A stretch of 62,924 nt of DNA, filler included, from Octopus bimaculoides (GCF_001194135.2; 5 parts of 4 records of this genome joined end to end with filler, not necessarily neighbours in it), one strand, 5' to 3'. Positions 1 to 14,680 are shown, counted from the first letter of the whole stretch. Notes: generated by a model from the sequence alone, not told the origin. A program made the numbers and translations.

Positions 1-47
1 TGTGTGTGTTTGGTATATATACATATATATACCAACAAAAATAAATG

Positions 48-92
<45 letters not shown>

Positions 93-110
93 ATACACAC
101 CCATACACAT

Positions 111-326
111 ATTCTTTTATTCGTTCATTCTTTTACTTGTTTCAGTCATTTGACTGCGGCCATGCTGGAGCACCGCCTTTAGCCGAGCAAATCGACCCCA
201 GGATTGATTCTTTGTAAGCCTAGTACTTATTCTACCGGTCCCTTTTGCCGAACCGCTAGGTTACGGGGACGTAAACACACCAGCATCGGTTGACAAGTGA
301 TGTTGGGGGACAAACACAGATACACA

Positions 327-387
<61 letters not shown>

Positions 388-535
388 GACAGGCTTCTTT
401 CAGTTTCCATCGACCAAATCCACTCATAAGTCTGTGATCGGCCCAAGGCTATAGTAGAAGACACTTGCCCAAGGTGCCACGCAGTGGGACTGAACCTAGA
501 ACCATGTGGTTGGTAAACAAGCTGCTTTCCACACA
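111..535 (-). mobile_element. SINE family A (tRNA head, CORE-like segment, internal microsatellite, 3' half), near full length
   Basis: Head ...ccacatggttctaggttcagtcccactgcgtggcaccttgggcaag..., internal (TG)n, 3' half ...gctccagcatggccgcagtcaaatgactgaaac; many copies in the window. Confidence 0.85.
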
Positions 536-715
536 CCTACTACTGCGCCCATATATTAAGAAGCTTGCCCATATATTAAGAAGTATTGTAGGCTGCAAGT
601 AGCAACCCGCTACATATGCAAGACTTCAGGAGTTACAAAAAAACCTGAAATAAAAACATTAAACAACAAGAACAACAAGAACAACAATAATAATAATAAG
701 AATAACAACAACAAT

Positions 716-925
716 CGGGTTTGAGAAATATGTCGGAAAAATTGGAATTGACATAAGGATAGAACATGCTCAGAATAACTGCTCTTTTGGGGACAGCGAA
801 GACCTTGAAGTTGGTACTTGGGTGTTAAGTATCGTAGAAAGAGATCATGTGAGTTCTTTGATAACCGGTTGCTGTCCACTCTCAGAAAATTAACAGAAGC
901 AAGTAAATTCGAGATCTTTGTTTCT
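716..925 (+). mobile_element. 3' remnant of a restriction-like-endonuclease non-LTR retrotransposon (R4/Dong-like)
   Basis: GFEKYVGKIGIDIRIEHAQ, frameshift, TALLGTAKTLKLVLGC*; typical RLE C-terminus (LQKxALLGTARILRKVL); directly after a (CAA/TAA)n tract. Confidence 0.65.
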
Positions 926-949
926 CTTTTCCTTTTTTCCGCTTTTTTC

Positions 950-1187
950 TTATTTCTTTATTGCCCACAAGGGGCTAAACATAGAGGGGGGGGGGACAAA
1001 CAAGGACAGACAAACGGATTAAGTCGATTATATCGACCCCAGTGCGTAACCGGTACTTATTTAATCGATCCCGAAAGGATGAAAGGCAAAGTCGACCTCG
1101 GCGGAATTTGAACTCAGAACGTAAAGGCAGACGAAATATCGCTAAGCATTTCGCCCGGCACGCTAACGTTTCTGCCAGCTCGCCGCT
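950..1187 (-). mobile_element. SINE family C (tRNA head plus central gcctttcatcctttcggggtcgat...agtacc domain)
   Basis: B-box gagttcaaattcc; central domain resembles, from memory, the MetaSINE core; copies also at about 1770-1900, 19030-19245, 20288-20397, 32010-32122, 44075-44215. Confidence 0.85.
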
Positions 1188-1284
1188 TTTTTTCCTTTTT
1201 TCTATCACATAAATTGACATTGTAAATGAACAATCTGGTGTGTTTATTTTAATGGCCTACTGATGGATGCAGTGACTTTCTATG

Positions 1285-3945
1285 CTCTAGGTGTTTGGAA
1301 AATATCTATTCAGGGTCATTTGTATGGCATTCTTAAGTCTTTCTCTTTTCTTTGCTTACACCTGCTTGTAGCTGTGAGTTCTTTGTTCAACTTTCGTCGA
1401 ATTTGCATGCTTCGTTTCGATTATAGGGTCGATACACATTACTAATTGCTTGAATTCTTCAAATTCTTGGAACGTTATATCAAATTCTTTAATGACTATT
1501 TCTTTAATTTGTTGCTTTCTTTATCCACCATCTTGTCTGTCGTCTCTTTTAGGCAAATTAAGAATCTCGTGATCAGTGAATTCATCTAAATGCGAATTAA
1601 TCAGATCGTGAACATTTGTAGTATCGTCAAAAGTACACTTTCTTCCAATATTTGCACATTTTTCGATATTTTCTTCTTAGTTACAAATATTAAAACGGTT
1701 TGTACAGTGTGAAAATATATGTTTCTAAAATGGCTTCCGTGCTGGCAAAATCGTTTGCATGCTGTGTAATATACATAGCATGCTGGGTAATATGCTTAGC
1801 GTTTCGTCCGTCTTTACGTCCTGAGTTCAAATTCTGCCCAAGTCGACTTTGCCTTTCATCCTTTCGAGGCCGATAAAATAAGTACCAGTATATAACTGAC
1901 TTCCCCACTAACCCGAATTTGCTGGCCTGGTGCAGAAATTTGAAACCAATCTTTCAAGAGCCATCTTAAAATTCTCCAAAGAAAATTGCATTTTCTGTTT
2001 TTGTAACTATAATAATTTGAGTATCGGTTTTTATTGAATAGTCTAGAAATTGTAATTAACTCTAGACCCATGGGCTGTAAATGGACGTTGTTTTCTGAAG
2101 TAAAAAATATTTGCGTCACATCTTCCGGCAGATCCCTAATTATAATTAAGTGATTNNNNNNNNNNNNNNNNNNNNNNNNNNNNNNNNNNNNNNNNNNNNN
2201 NNNNNNNNNNNNNNNNNNNNNNNNNNNNNNNNNNNNNNNNNNNNNNNNNNNNNNNNNNNNNNNNNNNNNNNNNNNNNNNNNNNNNNNNNNNNNNNNNNNN
2301 NNNNNNNNNNNNNNNNNNNNNNNNNNNNNNNNNNNNNNNNNNNNNNNNNNNNNNNNNNNNNNNNNNNNNNNNNNNNNNNNNNNNNNNNNNNNNNNNNNNN
2401 NNNNNNNNNNNNNNNNNNNNNNNNNNNNNNNNNNNNNNNNNNNNNNNNNNNNNNNNNNNNNNNNNNNNNNNNNNNNNNNNNNNNNNNNNNNNNNNNNNNN
2501 NNNNNNNNNNNNNNNNNNNNNNNNNNNNNNNNNNNNNNNNNNNNNNNNNNNNNNNNNNNNNNNNNNNNNNNNNNNNNNNNNNNNNNNNNNNNNNNNNNNN
2601 NNNNNNNNNNNNNNNNNNNNNNNNNNNNNNNNNNNNNNNNNNNNNNNNNNNNNNNNNNNNNNNNNNNNNNNNNNNNNNNNNNNNNNNNNNNNNNNNNNNN
2701 NNNNNNNNNNNNNNNNNNNNNNNNNNNNNNNNNNNNNNNNNNNNNNNNNNNNNATATATATATATATATATAAAGACATCTCAACGCTTCTAAAAGCAAG
2801 CTTCGCTTGTTTGTTTACGTTTGTCGTAATTTGAATTTAACATATGAGAGCGTCTCATAAAGCGAGATTTATATATCTTTATTTGCAGAGGAATTTGTGG
2901 TGGTGAGTTTAGCTTAATCGGCAAAAGCATCGTCACATGTAATGACGGGGATGTGAGCTCGAGTCCACAGCTGGCCACCTACACTTTTCTCTGCAAAAAT
3001 AGGGATAGTTTATCCTGTTCAGGCTATATTATTAGCATTATTCTGCGATTGAGAATTTAAACATCACTTCTCTAACTTTATATATATATGTATATATATA
3101 TGTATGTATATAGATATATATACATGTATAAGATACAAAGAGTTTTCGTCCGGGTGACACAAACTAAATAGGCATTCGCCATTTAGATAGAATAAGTACT
3201 AGGCTTAGAAAGAATAAGATCTGTGGTCGATTTCTTCGACTAAAGGTGGTGCTACAGCATGGTCGCAGTCAAATGACTGAAACAAATGAAAGAAAAAAAG
3301 AATAATACTACAATAAAAAAAAATTCTAGATAAAATCTTGGGATCGAACTATTATGATATCTGTCTTAATGAGAAACATGATGTCATTCGTCACAAAATT
3401 TTAATTCTAGAAAAAGAAGCGAACTTATTGCGACCTGCCGACACCTGTGCAAAGTAACCTTCATAAACTTCAAAATATGCCCTTTCCTTGGCGTAGTGAA
3501 GATTGTTCCTTTTATGGAACTTTTTCTGCGGTCGATCAAAAATAAGTTAATCAATCTTCAAAAATTGCTTTGGTCATTCATGTTTTCTTATTAAATCACA
3601 AACTTACTGGCTTAATTTAATTTCCTGTTCTTCATTTGCGGCTAAGGTTTGAAAGTTCACTTTTTATTTCCGACTGTTAATCGATCTTTGGGTCCAAGCT
3701 TGCCAATCATTTCTAAATAAGCAAATATTTAAAGGCATCTTCTAGAACAGGTCTGCAGTCTGTTATATTTAAATTACACTGTATATTAGTCTACCACCAT
3801 AACCGTCTTCTTTCGGCTATATTTCTTCAAACTATGGAGCGTCTTTGTACATTAGTTTTGTCCTCAATTGCAACATCCTCTGATGTATAAATAGTGTGAA
3901 TTCTTGTTCGAGTTTTGAATTTCTCAAAGAACTGTGTCATATATA
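1285..3945 (-). mobile_element. Degenerate Tigger/pogo transposase fossil interrupted by SINEs, microsatellites and a gap
   Basis: In order on - strand: [14 protein letters not shown] (cf. GWFxxFKxRxxIH), GPKDRLTV, IFFTSENNVHLQPMGLELI (cf. FLPPNTTSLLQPMDQGVI), VHDLINSHLDEFTDHEI...QMTLNRYF; many stops and frameshifts. Confidence 0.75.
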
Positions 3946-4084
3946 TATGACACATACATATGTATATACATACATACATATAAATATTTCGATGTACCTT
4001 TGTGTATGTAAACATAATATATATACATACACACAAGCGTGTATATATATATATATGTATATACATGCGTGTGCATATATACGC

Positions 4085-4178
<94 letters not shown>

Positions 4179-5789
4179 GTATATATATATGTATATATAT
4201 GCATCTATGTATATACATATATATATGTATATATATACATCTATGTATATACATACATATATACATATGTATGTATATACATTTGTAAACGTACACATAC
4301 ATTGAAACTTGATCAATGAATATCCTACACTCTACTGCGTCCCAATTTGGCATTGAGTTCTTTATTACAGTTGTAGGCGTTTGCGCCAACGAAAAAGCAT
4401 ATCATCATATTTATTCATACATACATACATACATGCATGCCTCCATCCATCTATCCATCCATCCATCCATCCATCTATACATACATACATAAATACATAC
4501 ATCCATCCATACATACCTATATGATGAGTGTATGTGCGTGTGTATATATGTTTGTGTTTGTGCCTATATGTAATTATACACACCAGTTAACTTACCTAAC
4601 TTCCGGCATTTTTTTTATGCGTGAAAAAACTGTGAAAAACCTGCAACTTAATCCTCTTATCGAAGACTAAGTACAATAAATCTGAATCTAAAATATGTTA
4701 TTTTAATATCTTTTATTTGCCCAGACACGTATGAAAAGACAAAGCATTAAGTGTCTTCAAAGTAGAAACTTGATTTTTTTTTCCTCTTATTATTTTCCCT
4801 AATATTGAAGTATGTTGCTGCTACAATAAATTCGATAGGAAAATAATTGGCAAAATTCACCAAAACGTACGTGTTTTTTGTTCAGACTGTTTAATGCATT
4901 AATAAGTGTAGGCTGTTTTCAAGATTCCTCTTGAAAATAGCATAAAGCTATTAATTTTCAAGTAATTGTTTACCGCAATTTTAAGCTAGTGGTCGGTAGC
5001 GCCTGATTTGAGGAGCATTTGTTTACTCTCTTATGCATGTTGATTATGTGAATAAAATAATACAGGAAAAAGATCCTTCCCGGGTCATATAGACTCAAAA
5101 TGCCGGATTCCCGGTTTCTGTGGCGCATATACTCCGCAGAGTTGAAGGGACGCTGGTCCGTTGCAGAATTACTCATGTTTGCAAGCACAGTGGACCGGAG
5201 CTACGTGAAATGAAGGGTTTTGCTCAAGAACACAATGCGTCGCCCGGTCCAGGAATTGAAACCGAAATTTTAAGACCATGAATCCAACAACCTAATTACT
5301 AAGCCACACGCCTCCATTATGTGAATGTTATCTCATTGTCTAGTAGTAGTATCAATAGTAATACTAGTAGTCTTCTTGTCGTCTTAGTAGTAATGGTGGT
5401 AATATAACTGTAAATCAGAAACCGTGGTGACTAGATTTCGACAGCGATAGAAAAGCCACTATTCTAAAAATCGTTGGTAATGAGTTTTGGCCGTTATGTA
5501 GCAACTTGACGCCTGCCACTGAGGAAGCGCAGTACGTTGAAATGACGTGATCTGGTTGTTTCGGCGCCCATGCCAGATAGTTAACGTCTGCTAAAATATA
5601 TGTTTGTACTCTTGGCATCATGTGTTTTTATGAGAGGATCTCTCAGGGAAAATAACCGCACTATTCGGCATTCTGATAGTACATTCACCTTAAGTAGAAT
5701 ATAACGATTGCCATTCGGGACTAATATTACTTCTGCAGTAAATCCAAGCTGTAACATTCACTAGACAGGTTTTCCGGACGAATACGTAA

Positions 5790-6228
5790 TTGTTATGTTT
5801 TATTGGGTTGCAGCCAAACTGGGACACCGGCTTGAATGGTTTAGCCGTACGAATCAAACCCAGCACTTACTTTTTAAAGGCTGGGAATTACCATGCAGAA
5901 CACAGCTAAGTTACGGGTGACGTAAAGAAACCAACACCGGTCGACAAAAGTACTGGGGGTACAAACATGGTAGAAGTACACATATACACATTCATATGTG
6001 TTTATGTGTAAATATATTTTTATATATATACATACATATATATACTCACACACATGCACATACGCACACATGAGGGCCTTCTTCAGTTTCCCTCTGCCAA
6101 ATCCGCTCACAAGGCTTTGGTCGGGCCGAAGCTATAGTAGAAGACACTTGGCCAAGGTGTTACACTGTGGGACTGAACCCAAGACCACATGGTTGAGAAG
6201 CAAGCTTCTTAATCACACAGCTGCGCCT
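5790..6228 (-). mobile_element. SINE family A, full length, diverged
   Basis: Same head, internal TA/TG tract and 3' half as 111-535. Confidence 0.75.
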
Positions 6229-6529
6229 CTATGTCTGTATGTGTGCGTGTGTGTGTACGTGTATATATATATGTGTATGTATGTATGTATGTATGTATGT
6301 ATGTATGTATGTATGTATGTATGTATGTATGTATTCATTAATGGCATTTGAAAAGAGGTGATGGATACGGACGGAACGTCTTTGCTTTAAGGTAGCCTGG
6401 ATCTTTGATCAGGTTTGATATTCAAATAAAACATTTGTTTTTATTTCTAGCTCTTTTATATTCGCTTTTCCAGTTTTCCTCTGTAATTTTCCCATGTGTT
6501 GTATGCATTTACACAATACATTTTGCGTG

Positions 6530-6900
6530 TAATTTAGGTATCTATTCCTGGAAGGGTCGTGGGGTTATAGACCTCAGTCACCTCTTCCACAGGTGCCTGA
6601 GGTCTCTATCAGAAGCAACCGTCATTGAACTTTCCGGTTGGGTTCCCAAGTGTCACCACTTGGATATCATAAAGTCTATGGCTATTATCCAACCATCTCG
6701 TTCTTAACTCACCCCCAGGTCTCCTGCTGGAAGAATCCGTCTTGCGATCCTTTTCTGTGACATTCCAGTCAAATGTCCGTAGGACTGAAGCTTTTAGTTC
6801 TCAATGCGAAGAGGTTGTGGCGCGACCTGGAGAGAGTCCTTGATCTCCAAGCAACGGCCTCTGTCGAGTAACATTATTCTAGAGACCCTTCGAAAGAAAC
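6530..6900 (-). mobile_element. RTE-clade LINE 3' remnant
   Basis: PQPLRIEN*KLQSYGHLTGMSQKRIARRILPAG..., similar to the RTE C-terminal LRWxGHxxRM...RRIL...GRPRxRW region. Confidence 0.65.
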
Positions 6901-7824
6901 ACATTTCGGCTGCTTATATCAAGAATTTTAAGACATGAAATGAATATCGTTTGTAATCACTATGGATTCGTTTTTCAACTAATGCCCCGGTTTAACCAAA
7001 GCTTTGTGAGTGAATTTGGTAGACGGAAACTGAAAGAAGCCCATTGTATATATGCATATGTGTGTGTGTGTGAGTATGTATGTGTGTATGTGTGTGTATG
7101 TGTGTGTAGGTGTATAAGAGTGCGTGTGTGTGTTTGGATACGGGTTATATCAGACGCAGATCTATATTCTTTTCTTTTATTCTTCTAATTGCTTCAGTCA
7201 TTTGACTACGGCCATGCTGGAGCACAGCTTTGAAGGGTATTTTATTTAGTCGAACAAATCAACTGCACGACTTTTTTTTAAAGCCTAGTACTTATTCTAT
7301 CGGTTTCTTTCGCCGAACTGCTAATGTTACGGGGACTTAATCACATCACAACCGGTCGTCGAGCAGTGATGGGGGACAAACACAGAACAGACACAAAGAC
7401 ACGCACATGTAGTTGGGAGGTAAGCTTCTTACCACACGGCCACGCCTGCGACCAAAACTTTTCCGTTCCAGCCCTTGCCGATCACACTTTTCATTTAAAA
7501 CACACAGCATGTACGACTACGCAATCGAAACACGCTCCTTGATTCGATGGTGGATTTGGCTGTTATTTCTAGCTACCATCTACAGGCTTCATATTAACCA
7601 AGAGTAACTGCTGGTGTACCACCTGTTAAGATCTTCATGGAAGTACAGTTTGCTGCAAATGCCGCCACCATATTGTTGTATTACCGTTAATCTGTTGAAC
7701 GCAAAAATTCAGCTTTACTTTCCATTTAAGTGAAGATTTTTAGATAATGGATATTTATTTAGCTGCTTTTGGTGTTGTCGTTGTTATTGCTGGTGTTATC
7801 GTTAGTATTGTTGTTGTTATTGTT

Positions 7825-8580
<756 letters not shown>

Positions 8581-9859
8581 AAAACCAGAAAAAACAACAT
8601 CTAAACAAAAACGAAATTGTAAGAAAAAACAAGATCTCCACGAAAAAATAGTTCAATCAGACGCGTGCGCGCGCACACACACTCCGACACATACTCTCAA
8701 AGACACACACATATACGTGCGCGTGAGAACACATGCGTACAGACACGCACAGACATGCGTACAAGGACATGCACGTATGCATGCATACACGCAAAGCGTA
8801 GGAAAATTACACATTAGTAAAAAAAACCCCGCCAGAAAAAACTTACAAAAAGCACACACAGACACATACATATGTATACATATACAAATATGGCTACGCA
8901 CTTATATATATATATATATNNNNNNNNNNNNNNNNNNNNNNNNNNNNNNNNNNNNNNNNNNNNNNNNNNNNNNNNNNNNNNNNNNNNNNNNNNNNNNNNN
9001 NNNNNNNNNNNNNNNNNNNNNNNNNNNNNNNNNNNNNNNNNNNNNNNNNNNNNNNNNNNNNNNNNNNNNNNNNNNNNNNNNNNNNNNNNNNNNNNNNNNN
9101 NNNNNNNNNNNNNNNNNNNNNNNNNNNNNNNNNNNNNNNNNNNNNNNNNNNNNNNNNNNNNNNNNNNNNNNNNNNNNNNNNNNNNNNNNNNNNNNNNNNN
9201 NNNNNNNNNNNNNNNNNNNNNNNNNNNNNNNNNNNNNNNNNNNNNNNNNNNNNNNNNNNNNNNNNNNNNNNNNNNNNNNNNNNNNNNNNNNNNNNNNNNN
9301 NNNNNNNNNNNNNNNNNNNNNNNNNNNNNNNNNNNNNNNNNNNNNNNNNNNNNNNNNNNNNNNNNNNNNNNNNNNNNNNNNNNNNNNNNNNNNNNNNNNN
9401 NNNNNNNNNNNNNNNNNNNNNNNNNNNNNNNNNNNNNNNNNNNNNNNNNNNNNNNNNNNNNNNNNNNNNNNNNNNNNNNNNNNNNNNNNNNNNNNNNNNN
9501 NNNNNNNNNNNNNNNNNNNNNNNNNNNNNNNNNNNNNNNNNNNNNNNNNNNNNNNNNNNNNNNNNNNNNNNNNNNNNNNNNNNNNNNNNNNNNNNNNNNN
9601 NNNNNNNNNNNNNNNNNNNNNNNNNNNNNNNNNNNNNNNNNNNNNNNNNNNNNNNNNNNNNNNNNNNNNNNNNNNNNNNNNNNNNNNNNNNNNNNNNNNN
9701 NNNNNNNNNNNNNNNNNNNNNNNNNNNNNNNNNNNNNNNNNNNNNNNNNNNNNNNNNNNNNNNNNNNNNNNNNNNNNNNNNNNNNNNNNNNNNNNNNNNN
9801 NNNNNNNNNNNNNNNNNNNNNNNNNNNNNNNNNNNNNNNNNNTCATTTAGTAATGAAGA

Positions 9860-9866
9860 AGAGGAC

Positions 9867-9929
<63 letters not shown>

Positions 9930-9951
9930 CAACAACAACAACAACAACAAC

Positions 9952-9983
<32 letters not shown>

Positions 9984-10581
9984 CAACAACAACAATAATA
10001 ATAATAATAATAATAATAAGAAGAAGAAGAAGAAGAAGAAGAAGATGATGATGATGATGAAGAAGAAGAAGAAGAAGAAATACAAGAAGAAATAGAAGCA
10101 GAAGAAAAATAGAAAAAAATAAGAAATCGAAGGAAACGAAGAAGAAACAGAAGTAGAAGAAATACAAGTAGAAGGAGAAGAAGAAAAGAAGTAGTTTTAG
10201 TAGAAGTCGAGGAAGGAGACGAAGAAGAAGAAGAAGAAGAAGAAGAATAAGAAGAAGAAGAAGAAAGAGAAGAAGAAGAAGAAAGAGAAGAAGGAGAAGA
10301 AGAAGAAGAAAAAGAAGAAGAACAAGAAGAAGAAGGAGAAGAAGAAGAAGAAGAAAGAGAAGAAGAAGAAGAAGAAGGAGAAGAAGGAGAAGAAGAAGAA
10401 GAAGAAAAAGAAAAGGAAGGTGAAAAAGAAGGAGAAAAAGTAGAAGAAAAGAAGTAGTTGTAGTAGAAGTCGAAGAAGAAGAAGAAGAAGAAGAAGAAGA
10501 AGGAGGAGAAGAAGGAGAAGAAGAAGAAGGATAAGGAGAAGAAGAAGGAGAAGAAGAAGAAAAAGAAGAAGAAGAAGAAGA

Positions 10582-10628
<47 letters not shown>

Positions 10629-10830
10629 CAAACAAAGAAAGAGAAGAAATAAACGACCAAACACAATAGAATTGCTAAGGAAACGAGAAAAAGAAGACGA
10701 AAAAAAAGAAAAAAGGCAAAAATAAAACGAAAAAAGAAGCCAAATCGAGTCTGAATCGAAGATTAGGTGAAGCCTACGGCTTTAAAGGAAAACGATAATA
10801 ATAATAATAACAACAATGATAATAATAATA

Positions 10831-10868
<38 letters not shown>

Positions 10869-10894
10869 TATAATAATGTTGTTGATGATGATGG

Positions 10895-10935
<41 letters not shown>

Positions 10936-11151
10936 GTGATGATGATGGTGGTGATGATGGTAGTGTTGATGGCAGTAAAAATAACAACAGCAACAACAAC
11001 AATAACAATTATAACAACGACGAGGATAATGTTAACAACAGCAGCAGCAGCAGCAGGAGAAGCAACAACAACAACAACAACAACAACAACAACCACAACA
11101 ACGATATTAATAATAATAATAATAATAATGATAATAATAATAATAATAATA

Positions 11152-11194
<43 letters not shown>

Positions 11195-11220
11195 TGATAA
11201 TAATAATAATAATAATAATA

Positions 11221-11257
<37 letters not shown>

Positions 11258-11259
11258 TG

Positions 11260-11323
<64 letters not shown>

Positions 11324-11390
11324 TGATAATAAGGATAATAGACGTTGTGGTGTTAATAATGTTTTCTACTTTTTGTTGTTGTTGTTGTTT
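9860..11390. repeat. Trinucleotide microsatellite mosaic (AAT, CAA, GAA/GGA, GTA, GAT)
   Basis: Seen directly; source of the long homopolymer ORFs. Confidence 0.95.
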
Positions 11391-11591
11391 TGTTAGTGTC
11401 TATGTTGTGTGAAAGACACAAACTCGACGGAACTGTTTTTACGTCTGTTAACATCAGCTGTATATCGGAGTTGGGCTATAATTGAGTTTTACTGCAATTT
11501 TACTTAGGAAAAAGGGTAAGGGGTGCAGCAATGTTCGGCTGGCTTGATGTAAGTGTTGCATTAATGCAGCCGCCGCGCGTATGCATATGCT

Positions 11592-11628
<37 letters not shown>

Positions 11629-11691
11629 ATATATGCATGTATGTATATATCTATATCTATATATACATATATATATGTATATATCTATATC

Positions 11692-11799
<108 letters not shown>

Positions 11800-13008
11800 C
11801 ATGTCTGTATATATCTATATATCTATCTATCTATATATGTATATTGTGCTCTTAGCTTAGTCTTTCCTTGGGGCTGGCCAGATGGTGCAATCTCGAGTAT
11901 AACCGACCGAAATTGCAAAGATAATCTGGAACTCGACTGAGGAAAGAAAGCTCCGAATGACCCGTCCTTGTTTTCTTTGTATCGTCTGTTTGGACGTTTT
12001 GTTGTCCCTTTCTTGTATCACCTAACTGTCTGGATGTTTTGCGTTCTTGTACCATTTTTGTATTTTTTATATATNNNNNNNNNNNNNNNNNNNNNNNNNN
12101 NNNNNNNNNNNNNNNNNNNNNNNNNNNNNNNNNNNNNNNNNNNNNNNNNNNNNNNNNNNNNNNNNNNNNNNNNNNNNNNNNNNNNNNNNNNNNNNNNNNN
12201 NNNNNNNNNNNNNNNNNNNNNNNNNNNNNNNNNNNNNNNNNNNNNNNNNNNNNNNNNNNNNNNNNNNNNNNNNNNNNNNNNNNNNNNNNNNNNNNNNNNN
12301 NNNNNNNNNNNNNNNNNNNNNNNNNNNNNNNNNNNNNNNNNNNNNNNNNNNNNNNNNNNNNNNNNNNNNNNNNNNNNNNNNNNNNNNNNNNNNNNNNNNN
12401 NNNNNNNNNNNNNNNNNNNNNNNNNNNNNNNNNNNNNNNNNNNNNNNNNNNNNNNNNNNNNNNNNNNNNNNNNNNNNNNNNNNNNNNNNNNNNNNNNNNN
12501 NNNNNNNNNNNNNNNNNNNNNNNNNNNNNNNNNNNNNNNNNNNNNNNNNNNNNNNNNNNNNNNNNNNNNNNNNNNNNNNNNNNNNNNNNNNNNNNNNTAT
12601 ATATATATATATATATATATGCTTATATTTATGTGTGTGAGTGTGTGTATGTCTGTGTTCGCCCCCCCCCCATCGCTTGACAACCGATGCTGTTGTGTTT
12701 ATGTCCTCCGTAACTTAGCCGTTCAGCAAAAGAAACCGAAGGAGTAAGTACTAGGCTTAGAAAGAATAAGTCCAGGGATTGATTTCTCCGACTAAAAGGA
12801 AGTGCTCCAGCATGGCCACGGTCAAATGACTGACACAAGTAAAAGAATAAAAGAATATATGTGTGTGTGTATTTGTGTATGGAAATCTGTGAGTGTTTTT
12901 GCGTATATTTCATATTTATATAAGCCTGTATGTTCCCGGACATATGCATGTATATATGCCCGTGTATACTTTTACGTATATGTATATATATATATATATA
13001 ATGTATGT

Positions 13009-13394
13009 GGAGGCGCAGTGGCCCAGTGGTTAGTGCAGCGGGCTCGCCGTCACAGGATCGCTGTTTCGATTCCCCAGACTGGGCGTTTATTGAGTGTTTA
13101 TTGAGTGAAAACACCTAAAGCTCCACGAGGCTCCGTCAGGGGATGTTGGCGAACCCTGGTGTACTCTTTCCCCACAACTTTCTCTCACTCTTACTTCCTG
13201 TTTCTGTTGTACCTGTAATTCAAAGGGGCCAGACTTATCACACTCTGTGTCGCGCTGAATCTCCCCCGAGAACTACGTTAAGGGTACACGTGTGTGTGGA
13301 GTGCTCAGCCACTTGCATGTTAATTTCATGAGCAGGCTGTTCCGTTGATCGGATCAACTGGAAACCTCGTTGTCGTAACTGACAGAGTGCCACA
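13009..13394 (+). mobile_element. SINE family B, full length (about 390 bp)
   Basis: A-box tggcccagtgg, B-box gtttcgattcc, tail ...gttgatcggatcaactggaaacctcg...gagtgcca. Confidence 0.88.
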
Positions 13395-13395
13395 A

Positions 13396-13439
<44 letters not shown>

Positions 13440-13481
13440 ATATGAATATATATATTTTTCAGACATTCGGAAAGTTTCGAA

Positions 13482-13654
13482 CGCAGGAGAACAACTGTGA
13501 AAACAGCTTTAAGGAAATCGGGTAAACGCACCCCTATAGACGGAAAAAAGTGGCTATCAGCTAGAGGGAAGCGAATGATGTGCACTTTTTTTCCATCTAT
13601 AGGGGTAATTTTTACCCGATTTTCTAAAGCCGTTTTCATAGCTGTTCTGCTTCG
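13482..13654. repeat. Long imperfect inverted repeat (about 70-bp arms, 30-nt loop), probably a palindromic MITE
   Basis: Arm 13482-13552 matches the reverse complement of 13583-13654 closely (gaaaacagctttaaggaaatcgggtaaacgcacccctatagacggaaaaaagtg vs gaaaacggctttagaaaatcgggtaaaattacccctatagatggaaaaaagtg). Confidence 0.85.
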
Positions 13655-14644
13655 TACTCATAAGCTTCTAAGCTACATGGTTCCTGGTTCAGTTTCAATG
13701 CATGGCACTTTGACTAGTATTTTTTTTACTATACCCCGGGCCAACCAAAACTTTATGTGCGGATAGAAACTGAAAAAAAGCCTGCCGTGTGTATATATGT
13801 ATACATGCAGGGTTGTAAAAAAGTCACCGGACAGTAAATCAAAACCCATTTAATTCCAAGATTAAAACAAAAAAATTATTTTATATGAGACTTCGTTAAT
13901 AAATTGACAAATATTGAAGAAAAAAAAAGAAAAGAAAACGGTGATTTTAACTCACAGCATTCAATTACTAAACATTCATAATTGGAATGAATAAATAAAA
14001 TTGAATATTAACTCTTTATGGAATTTTGATTTACTGCCGGGTGACTTTTGGCCAAACCTGTATATATATATCACAGACACACACACACACATTTCTATGT
14101 GTGCGTGTTGCATTGTTTACCACCCATAATGTAGTGGTTCGGCAATCAGAAACCGATAGAATGAGTATCAAGCTTAAATCAAAAAGAAAGATGTAAGTAC
14201 CAGGTACCAGGGTCGATTTATTCAAACTAAATCCTATCTTCCCGACGGCGGAGACTTCACTGTTATTTCTAGCCGGCCAAGCTACCTGCTTCGAGTGTTC
14301 CTAATTGCCCAGAGGGGATTAAAACATTGCAGCGCGTTACTAAATGAATGATACTCAAATCAGCAAGATTGATTTTTGCTTCTATTGTTTCGAGAGCAAT
14401 CTACAATCTTGTGTGTGCATTCCAATTACCGAATCTCACTAAATGATGGCGTATGTATATATATATTTGTTCTTCTCTCTTCCGCCATAATGAGATTAAG
14501 AATAATATAATTTTTATCAAGTATTGTGTTTTTCAATTGAAAGCAACGTTGTAGACAGACCTTAAGAATTTAACACGAATGTTGAACAAACTATAAGTAC
14601 ATCGGAACGATTACCAATTACGATTTTCATATCGCTCGAACAGC

Positions 14645-14680
<36 letters not shown>

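Noticed and set aside
3827-4389. YI/CV dipeptide-repeat ORFs, here and throughout the window
   Set aside because: Products of (TA)n, (CA)n and (TACA)n repeats, which lack stops in some frames.
5519-5545. Hammerhead-like core CTGAGGA-stem-GAAA
   Set aside because: Could not form stems I and III with a valid NUH cleavage site on either side.
8894-11412. Very long ORFs (up to 590 aa) of poly-S/L/F/N/I
   Set aside because: Translations of triplet microsatellites and N-gaps; no splice or domain evidence.
13009-13085. tRNA-like A and B boxes, here and at other SINE heads
   Set aside because: They continue into SINE bodies and lack a full cloverleaf; not tRNA genes.
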